Positions 36,118 through 48,471 of a stretch of 64,000 nt of DNA are shown one piece after another. How positions within the stretch are numbered: position 1 is the first letter of the stretch; each line of letters opens with the position of its first letter. The translations under genes were made by a program, and so were the position numbers. The notes beneath the pieces are model-generated. The model saw only the letters and a program-made list of their open reading frames with translations. It was not told where the DNA came from and did no database searches. The DNA is taken from contig OZ287070.1 of NCBI GenBank assembly GCA_965645245.1, positions 2,170,001-2,234,000 on the forward strand, written 5' to 3'. This DNA is from Massalongia carnosa. Taxonomy: Eukaryota.

Positions 36118-39110
36118 ATGTCTTCTCATCGTCGGCCTTCCCCACGAGCAAGCATTAGGGATTGGCTTTTGCGGACTGAGGCCGTGTCCACAAGCCATGA
36201 GTACAGCCACAGAAACCCCCAGAGTCACGAGGATGTACGGAAATCGCCTTGTCAAAACCAGAAAGACAATTACTCTACTCACTGCAGTTCAGGTGAATCG
36301 AGCCACGGAGACTCCAACGTGGCTCGACGGGATACTGGTGAGTGACGTACGGTGTTGCAGCATTTTTGCGTCAAAGCAAGCCATGCTTACCGTAGAATGA
36401 AAGCAAAATATGGATCTCCTAAGATCCCAGGCAAAGAGAACGTAAGCCTCCCTCAACGTTTGGGATTGCACGCACCTTTTCGTTCTTTTGGACCAGAGTT
36501 CGACTATATGGATATAGACACGAATATGGCACCTATCAAGCAAAAGTGGAAACGGCGTCGCTCTTCATCTAGTTCTTACCTAGAGCCTGCCGCATTCGCC
36601 ATCCGCGCAGGTGATAAAAAAGAAACCCGCAATGGAAGCAGAGATAACCGTTCGCGAGGAATTTCGCGCGAGCTGGACGATAGCACCTCTCAAAGTTCTT
36701 CTACCATCGCAGATACTTCCATAAACATACCCCTCTCCCTAGACGAGCTGAAAAAGCCCTACCAGAAACGATCAAGGCATAAAACGCGAGAGGATCGTTA
36801 CGATTTGAAACAGGCGAAGAAAGCTAAGAAGCAAAAGAAAGGTACGAAAAAGGAATTCACCCGAAAGAGTAAAAAGCGGAAGCATAATGAGAAATCGGGA
36901 GTTGGCTTGATGCATGACTTCGTTGCGCAAAACGTAGCGTCCAATAGACTCACGGTGAGCATGGTGAAGCTGTTCCATATGGCCCACAAGTCATGCTATC
37001 ATATGCAGCTAATTCTGGGAATAGCTTCGATCAGCATCAATGGTTGGCCTCTTTAGCAAAGGCCGAGCGTCTTCGCCTGTCAAAAGAAGGGGTTGTAAGC
37101 ATTTAAAGTAGGTCATACGCATGAATATGCTAATAAAGAAATATAACAGTGCCTGATCTTGCATTCTCCGAAATGACCTTTCTAAACTCCCGCAGGGAGA
37201 AATCGGATAAACCTGGCAAGCCTATCGCCAAGAAATCGCGCCGGAAAAAGGACAAGGCTCTTGACACAGGAGCAGAGATATCCAGGTATTTTACCACCAA
37301 ACAGGCTTTGCGGAACAGCGGGTTTTCGGCGCGTTTGGAGCCCGTAGTACCGGTTGAGAATCCCCGATATTTAAATGAACGTAAAAGACATGAGGATAGA
37401 GGCAGAAACCCCGAACCGGAGTACAGAGTGTTACCGTTTCTTGATCTTCCTGATAAACCCTTTCTTGGCTTTGGAAGCTCCGGGATAGAAAATACTTCTC
37501 CCGTCAGGGTACCTAAGAATATTAATTCGAGTATCTTCCCCCCTGGATCTAATCCAGCGCCTTCGTTACGGACAAGCCAGATTTCTTGGTCAGTGAGCGA
37601 AGTGCCCCAGCATCGCCCATCACCATCTCACCGCGCAGACCGGAGTACGTCTAGATCTGCAAGACCGAGCAAGCAAGTGAGCCTAGTCCCAAATGAAATT
37701 TCAGTTGTTCGATCCGACAGAAACTGCAATGATGGCGACTATGAGCACATTTCTTCTATTGATAACACGAATCAAGAGCGCTCCCCCTTTAGACCGCAAA
37801 CCCTTGATCTATTTCTTCGTAAGGATCCTCCAAAGAAGCCCAGCCGGATGAAAATGCCAGACACTGTTCCCTTAGAAGAGAGAGACATTGGCTTTGCCAA
37901 TCCTGTTAATAGCCAGACCGCCACCTCCAAGGATACCAAAACCTACAAGTCTTGCGCGGAAAGCAATGCAGCAAAAATGTTTGCAGTAGAAGTAACATCT
38001 CCAAAACTCGACCTACCTCAAGCAAATAGCCAAAATGAATTCACACATCAAACGTTGTCGGATTCATTCGATGCAGCTCTTGAAAATTTTCTTCGGAAAT
38101 GTAGATCAAGGACCCCAAGATTAGCGAATCAGCCACTCAGTCCAACTAAGATACCTTATGTCCTTCAATCAGAAAAACCAAATATCGTCATCTGTGACGG
38201 TCCTGTCGAACAGGGTCAGTTCGCCAATAGCTTTCCAGTGCGGAATGAGGAACTTACTCATCCGAAGAGAGCTTTTGTAGCTTCGTGTCATAGTTCTCTA
38301 TTACCCGGATCTAAATTATCAACCCAACCTCTGGGTCTCCAGGCTGATGATCTAAAGGCAGGGTGCTTGCTTCCATCGCCAAGCCAAAGGTGTCGAAAAG
38401 CCTTAAGAGTCGCATCTTTGCGTAGTGGGTCATCTCAAACCAACCTTTTGGCTGTCCATGAAATTTCCTCGAAAGTTGGTGAGTCTATTTCAAGAAATGT
38501 GTGGGATGACGATGAAAATGTCTGTTGGCGGTAGACACAACCAGAAAGCCACATCTCGAAGACTAGCCAGGGCAAAGAGCATATTCAAAGATACGGCAAT
38601 GTTGGGAATGATAAAAATCCCACGAGCTTTAGTGATTCTGCACCTAGTACAAGCTGTGTCCCAATTGTCGATGAGTACGAGGCTATTTATGCTTCCGATC
38701 CAAATGGAAAAATCGTTACACTCGAGGATGATTTTGATAAGAACCCTGAAGTGACCAATGAAATAGCTTACCAAGAGACAGAAGAGATGCAAGAGCGAAA
38801 TGCTTATTATTTTCGAGAGAATGGGACAGGCCTAGACTTTCTCCCATGTGACGGGAGTGGAGATCTAGACAACGGCGCCGTCAACGACGAAGATTCCATG
38901 TATCTCCCTGAGGACTCGCCTGTTTACGGCACAAGACACATTGAAATATCAGTCGGAGCAAGATCGCCGTCAAACCGTCGGTTTCGAAAATCTTGGTGTC
39001 AGAACCAATGGGACGCTCGATATATGGCAGGCAACCGAGGCAGAGCCCAGCTGGACCAACAGTACGACGAGGTGTTGCCGGGTTTCTGGAAACCGCACAT
39101 ACGTTCTTAA
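36118..39110 (+). CDS. Conserved-looking fungal hypothetical protein (basic, mostly disordered) with an internal in-frame TAG at 38532
   Basis: Motifs RHKTREDRY, FVAQNVASNRLT, GLFSKGRASSP, PDLAFSEMTFL and terminal GFWKPH. Introns at ~36955 and ~37095; first-intron boundaries uncertain. Confidence 0.7.
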
Positions 39111-39725
39111 GCAGGTAAACATGGCCTGGGAAGTACATCAATTTCAGGAGCCTTCTATCGAGATGGAGTCTCCTATCTCAGTGGGAAGCTATAATCATCA
39201 AAACCTCAGAATAGAATACATGTTATGTATAGTACATATCAGGATATATTAATGTATATTTACCTTTCCCTCAAAACTAATTGTTAAAAATCTCCGCCTA
39301 GTTTGGGTGATCTCGAAGTTTTTACGAAAACCTATCCTTCCTCGTTTTCAGGCTATTCTGACTCATTTAAATTTCATATTGATTCTCGACATTACTTGCA
39401 ACGTATTGCAACTCCAGTGTTGTGAGCCGATTTGAGTTTTGTAACTTGATTATAAAATGGTACGGAAATAATCTAGGCCTGTTGCAAATCGAAGCACATA
39501 ACTATAAAAACACTGTCGACAAGTAACCATCAAAAACTCCACGATTCTACAGCGTAAATTCTCGGCAGGAGCCGCAATATGATCGACACAAGGATCCTCA
39601 ACTCATCAGCTTCCTAAACCTAGTCGTCCTCCAGCACAAAATCGTCACCCTTTATTTGGACACCATCAGCATATTTTTTCGTTCCTTTAGCCTCCTCTCC
39701 CTCCTCCTCCTCATCGCTATAAAAT

Positions 39726-40688
39726 ATGGAACAACAACAGCAACAGCAGCAGTCCCAAACTCCACAACCACGCCCCGGTGACCTCAGCTGGCGCCTAAGT
39801 TCCCACCCTATCACCCTGCTCATCTTCCTCACATTTCGTCTTTGTAGGCTCTCTCGCTCTTGAATTTCTCGGCATTTACGCCTAGTTTTCTTAGATAGCT
39901 AACATTAATGCAGCATCCCTTCTAGTCTACCTCTTCGGCCTGCACCTATTCACCGATAATTTGTAACTTCTCTTTCCACCTTCCACCTTAGGCTCTCTAA
40001 CCCCTCCGCCTTATCAACAGTGTCCTAATCTTCATCCTCACCATCCTTCTCCTCGCGACCGATTTCTACTACCTCAAAAACATTGCCGGCCGCCGCCTCG
40101 TTGGCTTGCGCTGGTGGAATGAGGTCGACCCCGTGACAGGCAACTCGCACTGGGTGTTCGAGTCGCAGGACCGCAGCGGGGAGGGAGGCGCGCCGATGCA
40201 GAACTTGACGGATAAGCGGTTTTTCTGGTTGGCGTTGTATGCGCAGCCGGGACTGTGGGTGGCGATGGCAGTGTTCGCAGTGCTGAAGTTGGATAACTTG
40301 ATTTGGCTAAGTTTGATCGGTAGGTCTTCTTCTACGCTGGGGTCCTACAGAAGTCCTCCATTCTTTCCTTGTTCTTTTAATGCCAGTTGGCAAGAAAGAG
40401 CGGGAAGTTTGGCAATCACCTCCCACCCCCCTTCCGCAACCCCTGATTTCTCACCACCTGCCCACCCCTTACAAGAACCCCCAATCAAAACTAACACTAA
40501 TGATTCCCCCACCCACTACTTTAGTAATCGCACTCCTTCTCACCATCACCAACACCATTGCCTTCTCGCGCTGCGACCGCTTCAGCCATGCCGCCAACCT
40601 GGCCTCCAGCGCCATGTACTCCGGCGGGCTGGCGCGGACCTTGGCCGGGGGGATGTTTAGTCGGGTTTTTGGCGGTGGCAGGAGGTAG
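39726..40688 (+). CDS. TVP23: Golgi apparatus membrane protein TVP23
   Basis: [46 protein letters not shown]; three introns. Confidence 0.93.
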
Positions 40689-41071
40689 CTGTGGAAAGGC
40701 AAAGAATGGGGGAGGGGAGGGAGGAAGTGGGGGTGGGCTGAGGGGTTGCAGTTGCCTTGTTTTTGCAGCACGTTCCTGGGGGTTACGAAGGGGGGGAGGG
40801 AGGGGAGAGGAAGGGCGGAAGTGCTGTATGCACGATCAATACCTTTCCTATAAAAATTATATTCATCCAGCCCTGAACCTCGACTTTGAAAAGCCAAAGC
40901 TGAAGGATGAAAGCTCCCTTCCTTTCCCTTCCCGAAAACTACTCACCACCACCTATGCTCTCTCCCTCCGCCCTTTTTAGTCATTTTTTATTACCGGATA
41001 TACCTCTATCTCTCCCCGTGCGCCCCATCGGGTTATCAACATGGAATCTATACGGCTAGATAGGTAGATTG

Positions 41072-41844
41072 TGTGGCGGGGCCACACGTGCTATATAGAT
41101 GATCAGGTGACAGGGCAGGCCTGTGCAGCCGGATAAAAAGGGCTTTTTGCTGGCGTTTTCTCCTACATCTCGAAGAACAATAACACATCTATTCATCAAC
41201 ATTCGTACATCTCAACACAGCACCTCAACACTTCATCTTTGTCACATAGTCATAGTGAAAACACATTCATTTGTGCAGTCGTCTAGTCGAGTTCATCACA
41301 TGTCTGGTCAGTCGTAGACTCATTCGATCATTTGTGTCTGTTCACTGCTCAGTTGATCATCTATCTATCACGTCGCATCTTCTTTCATTAATAAGCATCT
41401 TTATCATTCATCATCACTTCTTATCATTTAAATGAGAAGGGATGATGAATGATAAAGATGCTTATTAATGAAAGAAGATGCGACGTGATAGATAGATGAT
41501 CAACTGAGCAGTGAACAGACACAAATGATCGAATGAGTCTACGACTGACCAGACATGTGATGAACTCGACTAGACGACTGCACAAATGAATGTGTTTTCA
41601 CTATGACTATGTGACAAAGATGAAGTGTTGAGTCGCTGTGTTGAGATGTACGTGTTGATGAATAGATGTGTTATGTATGTCAAGATTTATGTGGAGATGA
41701 ATAGATGTGTTGAGAAATTATATAGAGATGTTCTTCGATGTGTATGAGAAAACGCCAGCAAAAAGCCCCTTTTATCCCCACCCTCGGCTGCACAGGCCTG
41801 TCCTGTCACCTAATCATCTATATAGTACGTGTGGCCCCGCCACA
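41072..41844. repeat. ~770-bp spacerless inverted repeat (foldback/MITE-like) with TG...CA ends
   Basis: Left arm 41072-41429 is the reverse complement of right arm 41430-41844. Centre catttaaatg; the right arm carries extra sequence near 41674-41730. Confidence 0.95.
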
Positions 41845-42397
41845 ATAGCTATATTTATTGGAAGATAGCTAGTACCGGGAAATAGGGTACAGAACAGGAA
41901 CAAGGGAGATGGAGTAGGGGGGCCGGGGGCGGGGGCGGGGGCGGGGGACTACGTTTGCGATGAGGTGATTCTTAAAAAAAAAAATTTGGTCATGGGGGAA
42001 TGAGGGATGGAGGGAAGAAACAAAGAAAGAGGGTGTATTGCTTGAGTGCTTGGTTATCTCCCTCTCTATTTTTTGGTAGTGGAAGATAAAACAAAGTGGA
42101 ATGGAATAAAGCAATGGAATACATATTTAACTCGGGGGTTGGGTATATGTATATTAGTGTAAATGTATGTGTGGCAAGCAGATGAGCTCGAGATCTAAAG
42201 ACTTGCCTGGACTTGAAGCACAACATATATAAGAAACTGAATGGGGTATATTAGATTATTAGATCTAGATAGTTACGGAAGAGGCCCGAACTAATCTCAA
42301 CTCTTAGATTTATCGGTATCTGCCAATCAAATCCCTATCTTATGCCCTCCTATTCCCGTCCTCCCTGCTCCAAGCAGTTCTCAACGCACAGGATATA

Positions 42398-43978
42398 TCA
42401 CCTTGCCCCCAGCGCCTGCAAAGCACCTCTAAGCTCCTTGACAGCCGTCGTCACGTCCTCGAAATTTAGGGCTGAAATCGCCCATCGCGCGTGTTTTTGC
42501 GCGGCGAGGATGGCTTCTTCGTCAGCAAGGTAGGGGGCTTGGGTGCGTGATTGTTGGGGCTGTTGTGTTTGAGGGGGGGTTGGTGGTGTGGGGGAGAAGA
42601 CATGAGGGACGAGATTGGACTTTGGGAGGGGTTGGTGGTGTGTTGGAAGAGGCTGGGGTGGTTGGGGTGGGGTTCTCGACGCGCTTGGGGGAGGGTGAGA
42701 GAGGTAAGATAGGTGAGAGGGAAAGGGGGCGGGGGGGTTGTCGGAAGGTAGTGGTTGGCCCATGTTGGGAGGGGGGAATGATTGCAGCGATATTGTTCTG
42801 TGTATGTCAGGTTGATGGGGATTTAATGGTGCGGAAATATGGGATGGCGTATCCGGCAAGGTAATCGACAAGTCCCGCTGTGGAGTTATGCTTGGATCTT
42901 CGGAAGGAAGCTGGGGCGGTATGGAAGAATGGTTCTCGCTTTTTGAATCTGGGATTATTGGGAAATAGCCACCGTCGTCAGCAGCGTTCTCGTGGCCCAG
43001 AGGTATGTCCAAAGGTAGCCCTTCGTTTCGCGCTGACTGATTATAATAGCTATCGATTTCTTCCAAATGAGGGGCTTGGTATCCGTTGTCTTGGCTCGGT
43101 ATATGCGACGCTGAAGGCGCCCTTGAAGGGTGTAGCGACTCCTCAGTAAAGGAACGTTGAGCAAGATGTGGCTCAAGCTGGTCATGGGCGTCGGGTACAT
43201 CCTCAACAGAAGGTTGGTACGCGGAAGTTGTACCTCGTTCAGCTCTTGTCGAGCTACTTATGAGTTGAACGTCAGGCTCCACAGATGGCTGTTCCCGTGC
43301 CGGGGACTCTACTGGAGCAGGATTTGACAAGTTTGGATCTTCCCCGGCCTTGATCGCTCGAGCAATACGCACAGCGTGATACTTAGCGTATTTAATTTTA
43401 GAAGCAATTTCTGGGTCCAAAGGGCCCCATATCTGGCAGAGTTCCAGAAACGTTGCGGACGCCAGGAATGTATCTGCTGTCTGTCTTTTATGCTATCAAT
43501 TCTTGATCCACTTCCAGTTTTTTTTCAATTTTTGGATGCAAACCTCGTGGCTTTGTTCAGTTTCATTGCATTCTCTGCCCTCGACAGCGTCTCTGTTCCA
43601 AATTGTTCGACGTATGTCTGGCCTGCTAAGTCATCGGCGATAGCATAGTTTTCGTGATGGTCGGCTTTACTCTGATGTATGGTAAGCATTGATTACAAGC
43701 TTCTTCGTCTGTGAAAGCTATACTTGTTCAAGCTTGTCCATAAGATGCATGGTATAGGTCATGCTCTCATCGTCGGAGTTGTGCAAGCCTTTAGAGAGGA
43801 TCTGGTTGACAATCCAATAGTTGCCTATCCATTTTCTCAGCGTTTAGTCCTCTATCGTATTCGGCATGACATTACACCAGTATGCCACCACTGGTTTGGC
43901 TTTCTCCAGCTGGCCAGCTCGCTGAGCGAAACGAGCTATATCGGCAGGTTTTAGCGCGGCGGGAATTGTTGCTGCCAT
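42398..43978 (-). CDS. VTA1: Vta1 (MIT domains + C-terminal VSL), ESCRT/Vps4 cofactor
   Basis: MAATIPAALKPADIARFAQRAGQLEKAKPVVAYW|CNYWIV, KIKYAKYHAVRI, C-terminal AQKHARWAISALNFEDVTTAVKEL. Confidence 0.93.
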
Positions 43979-44418
43979 GGTGAGCTGTCGAACATAAGGA
44001 TGTGGAACTCTTTATTGGAGGAAGCCGAAGCTTGTAAGAGCTCGGGAGGCTATAAACTCATGGCACTTTGACTCGAAGGCATATGGTTTAGATGGGGTGA
44101 GAGGTTGAAGGTATCGCCATGAATTCCATTCCAAAGTTGCCATCCGTTCTACGTACGTTGCCTAGCCCTAAGACTTAACAAACCGGGGTACACTTACGGA
44201 ATGACGGCACGATGGCACGACGGGACGACGGCTCCAGTTAACCTTGCATTCACGCTAACCCGATCCTGATAGCTACCCTCCAACACTAATCCCGCATATT
44301 CGCGGAGTAGCGTAAAAAAAGGATACGTTTCAACTTCAAGCTTCCACTACTTATACTTAAGAACCGCCCTTCGTGTCCGCAACTCTTTACAGTCGTTACA
44401 TGGAATACAATCTTCACA

Positions 44419-46140
44419 ATGTATCTAAAAGATATTCTCGCATCGACACTCACTTCCTTCCTATTGATTGGGACCACTAAGGCGGATGGCCTGTATACAA
44501 AGGGCTCCGCGGTACTTCAAGTGGACGGAAAGAGCTATGACAAGCTTATCGCAAAGTCAAGCCAAACATCGGTAAGAACTCCATAGGCTTTATCCGAGCT
44601 ACTTACATGCCTTTCGGCACAATACTAATACGAAATACAGATATTAGAGTAAGTGCACCTCGCCCTGATGCCGGAAATGTCTTGATAAATCCCCCTTAGA
44701 TTCTATGCGCCGTGGTGTGGGCATTGCCAAAGTCTTAAGCCAGCTTATGAGAAAGCCGCCAAGAGCCTAAGCGGCCTGGCACAAGTTGCTGCCATCAACT
44801 GTGACGATGAAAGCAACAAGCAATTCTGTGGAGGGATGGGCGTCCAAGGCTTTCCCACTCTCAAGATTATAAAACCTTCCAAGACATCGGGAAAACCTAT
44901 CGTGGAAGACTATCAGGGACCTCGGACAGCAAGTGGAATAATGGATGCTGTCAAGCTTGCTATCCCGAACCACGTCAAGAAAATCACAGACAAGGGTTTG
45001 AATGCATGGTTAGAGTCCAGTAATGGAACAACCAAAGCGATTTTGTTCAGTGAAAAGGGTACAACAGGCGCGCTCATCAAAGTTCTTTCCATCGAGTTCC
45101 TTGCTAGTATCAACTTTGCACAGATCAGGAGCAAGGAGACTGCAGCGGTTGAAATGTTTGGGGTGAACGATTTTCCAAGTCTTATTATACTCCCTGGTGG
45201 TAGCCAGGAGCCAGTGAAATTCGATGGTGCATTCTCAAAGAGCGCACTGAAGGAGTTCTTGGCTCGATTTGCTGAGCCTAAAGTAGAGCCTGAGCCTGAG
45301 CCCAAGAAACAGAAGCCTTTGGCAAAGAAGCCGAAGAAGAAGGAGAATTCTAAGGCGAAGACGGAGGAAACAAAAACCGAGGAGCTAAAGCCTGAAGAAC
45401 CCAAGCCTGAGGAAGAAGCAAAGCCTGAAAAACCGAAAGCTGACGGAGTAAAGCCTGAAGAAACACATTCAGAGAAAGCAAAATCGACTTCTGAACCGTC
45501 ATCCTTTGCCTCTGCGCCTGCTTCACACGCATCAGTTGAAGCAGCGGAAATGGAAGCTGAGGAAATTACCATCACTTTGGGGGGTTCTAGTTCTCCAACA
45601 GAATCACCTGAACCCATTGCTGTACCAGAAGACGCCCCGAAGCCTGTTCCGATTCCCGAACCGTTCCCACCAATTCCCGCCCTTCTGGAAGAGAACCATC
45701 TTCAAAAGCAATGCCTTGATGCAAAGGCAACCACATGTGTGCTTGCACTATTACCTGCAGCAACAGACGACGAAGGCTCAACTCTTCCAGAGACAGCTAA
45801 TGTTGCGCTGGCAAGCTTGGCTGAGCTTGCAGACAAGCATGTCCAGAGGGGAAGCAAGCTATTCCCATTTTACACAATACCAAACAGAAACGCGGCGGCG
45901 ACAAAGCTGCGAGAGGCTCTGAAGCTTGGGGATGACAGGGAGATTGTGCTTATAGCGGTGAACGCTAGGAGAGGGTGGTGGAGACAATATAAGAATGTGG
46001 ACTACAGGTTCAACTCAGTTGAAAACTGGGTGGATAATATCCGATTTGGTGAAGGTGAAAAGGGCAAGCTACCAGAAGAGTTGATATTTGTTGAGGAAGA
46101 GATAAAAGCACATGCACCACCAGAACATGGGGAATTGTAG
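44419..46140 (+). CDS. prpA: PDI-related ER thioredoxin protein (PrpA/Mpd1-like)
   Basis: Signal peptide, 8-nt exon 44641-44648, FYAPWCGHC active site, GVQGFPTLK, C-terminal HGEL (HDEL-like). Confidence 0.88.
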
Positions 46141-46712
46141 TAATGGAGCGATAAAAGCCGTATATGTGACTTGAACGCCACTGTCTTTGACAAATTAGCA
46201 ACTCATCGTAACTGAACCCAAATACATATATTACCTGTGTTAAGAGTACAGATATGGTTTTGCGTAAATCTCCAATTTCCAGTTTTAGTGAGACTCGTCC
46301 CAAATCAAGATATGTAGTATACCGAAGTCTACGCTACAATGACATTTTCCTATTTAACTACGGTCTGCAGCAATTCAATGCCTTCTTTGTTTGCATTATC
46401 CGACAGTTTATTAAAGCAATTTGAACTTTATCAACCCCTTTCTCTCCAAGCATAGCTAATCTTCCCCACCAAGGCCTTTAAACCTCCTTTTAAAGCATAC
46501 ACGTCGGAGATCGGTGTCTGAAACTCTCCCAGGTGCACGTATTCCCATCCACCTTTATTGTAGATCTCCTTACTTCCATAAGTACTCAAGGTAGAATTTG
46601 ATCGTTTTATCTGCATAAATTCTGGTACGGGTTTGCCAGGTAGTCTTAGATCGGCTCTTCAACCTGCGGAAGTAACACTTTTGACTAACTACCAGGTCTG
46701 TGAACGTGGAGC

Positions 46713-47487
46713 ATGCTATTCGAACTTGACAAAAGGCAAGACGTGGTATTGGTGGATGGTGGTGGCTATGTACAACAGGATGATGGATCTTGGTGGGACT
46801 CTCCAGTGAGTTTAGCCGGACAGATGGACGAATACATCCAAAGTTGTTGTTAAAACGGTGCAGGCAGCTTCAGCAATCAAATGGACCATTGTTGGGGCCA
46901 TCTTCCTAATAGCCATCCTCTGGTTTGTAGGGGGGTATTATCATGCCCAAAGAAGAATGCAGAAAGGCCTCTATCCTTTGGCATATCATAGAGTAGGATG
47001 ACCGCATCTACTTGATATTCCTTAATATTCCTTGACCACTGACATGGCCTAGTGGCTTCTCCCAAGAGCTCATCGTGCTCGCTTTTCACCCCCAAATCAA
47101 TTCTCAGCCAACCCATATCAAAGTGGGTATCAAGCCGGCTACCAAATGCATGCATATCCTCCTCCAGGTAAAGTCTCTATGGTCAGCTCATGTCCATTTA
47201 CTAATTGTAAAGCGTATAATCCTACTCTTGCGCCTCCTCCAATATATCAACCAACGCAGGCCGAATCGAAAGTCCATCCTACCCACCAATGGGCTGACCT
47301 TCCACCAGAAACTCTTTCTACGGGAGCTTTCCCTTCAGGCCAATCGTCAGGTGCTGCTTTGGCAAGCGGGCCAACTCCAAACGAGGAATTCTCACACATA
47401 GCTCCACCGTCTAGCTCCTTTGAGCCTCAGCTTCCACCTCGGCTTGTTAAGTCGAGCTGGATGGGAAGACTCAACCCATTTAGATGA
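46713..47487 (+). CDS. RCR-like single-pass membrane protein with PPxY motifs
   Basis: TM segment IKWTIVGAIFLIAILWFVGGYY, HAQRRMQKGLYPLAYHR|WL, PPAY and PPIY motifs; three introns. Confidence 0.7.
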
Positions 47488-47684
47488 TCACAACTTCAAA
47501 CAGCACAAACCCATCCTTCTATGGCAGGATCGAAGTTCTTTACGATGTTAAATTCGTAGCGCACTACTCTAACCTAGCTTTACGTTTTCCCAATTCCTCG
47601 GAAACTTTCTCAGTATTTCTAGTATAGGAGTTATAGTACATATAGCAAAGCGTGGGCTTATGAAGTTCAATTATTGATATGGCT

Positions 47685-48354
47685 CTATCCAATATCCATA
47701 GCATTTTCATCATATGTGAAATTGTTCCAGCTACTATGCTCAGGGTAATACTTGCCAGACCCTAATTCGTTCTCCATTGCCTTTGCCCCATTATTTTGCA
47801 ACTCTAACTCCCTCATGTCTTGCGCCTGCTTTTCTCTCGCCCTGGCCCTGGTTTCAATAATCGCTTTCCTCACATTATCTTGATCTGGATGGACCGAGAG
47901 AGACGAAGGGACATTGTATAGTATCATTTCGCTACTCGTTACGGGTTGGCTTTGTGTAGTTAGGATGGAATTCGGGATCTTTCCAAGCTTCTTCTCAATC
48001 TCTGGTAAGAAGATAAGCTTCTCCTCATCGGACTCGATCTCGGAGAGCTCTTGGTCAAGATTGTAGATGTAAACCTTCTCTTTCGTATCGTCCAGCTGCA
48101 TTGACTCTGATTCCTCAATTGGGGGAGGTGGACGCTGGGGCGCATCTTGCTTGCGTGGGAAGTAGAGTTTGCCACTTTGATCTATAGTAGGGTATTAGCA
48201 AGTTGATGCGATATAGACATGCGAAAAATGTGCTATTACCGAGATTTAGCAAATTAAATCTCTTTGCGAGTCGCTGATCATTCTCAATTTGGTCGTTGGC
48301 CGGTCGTTTTCGACCATGAGGAAGAACCGTAGACGTCCCGACTTGACAGTCCAT
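47685..48354 (-). CDS. Conserved fungal hypothetical protein
   Basis: GRKRPA...QRLAKRFNLLNL|...MQLDDTKEKVYIYNLDQEL...LYNVPSSLSV...VRKAIIETRARAR; one intron. Confidence 0.75.
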
Positions 48355-48471
48355 CCTCCATGCCACCCCACCCCACGCCCAATTATAGATGCCTTCAGCG
48401 ATGCTTTGAGGGTTATGAAATGGTGCTTATTCGGCGTGTGTTAGTTTGAACAGCGTTCACAGACTCGCTTG

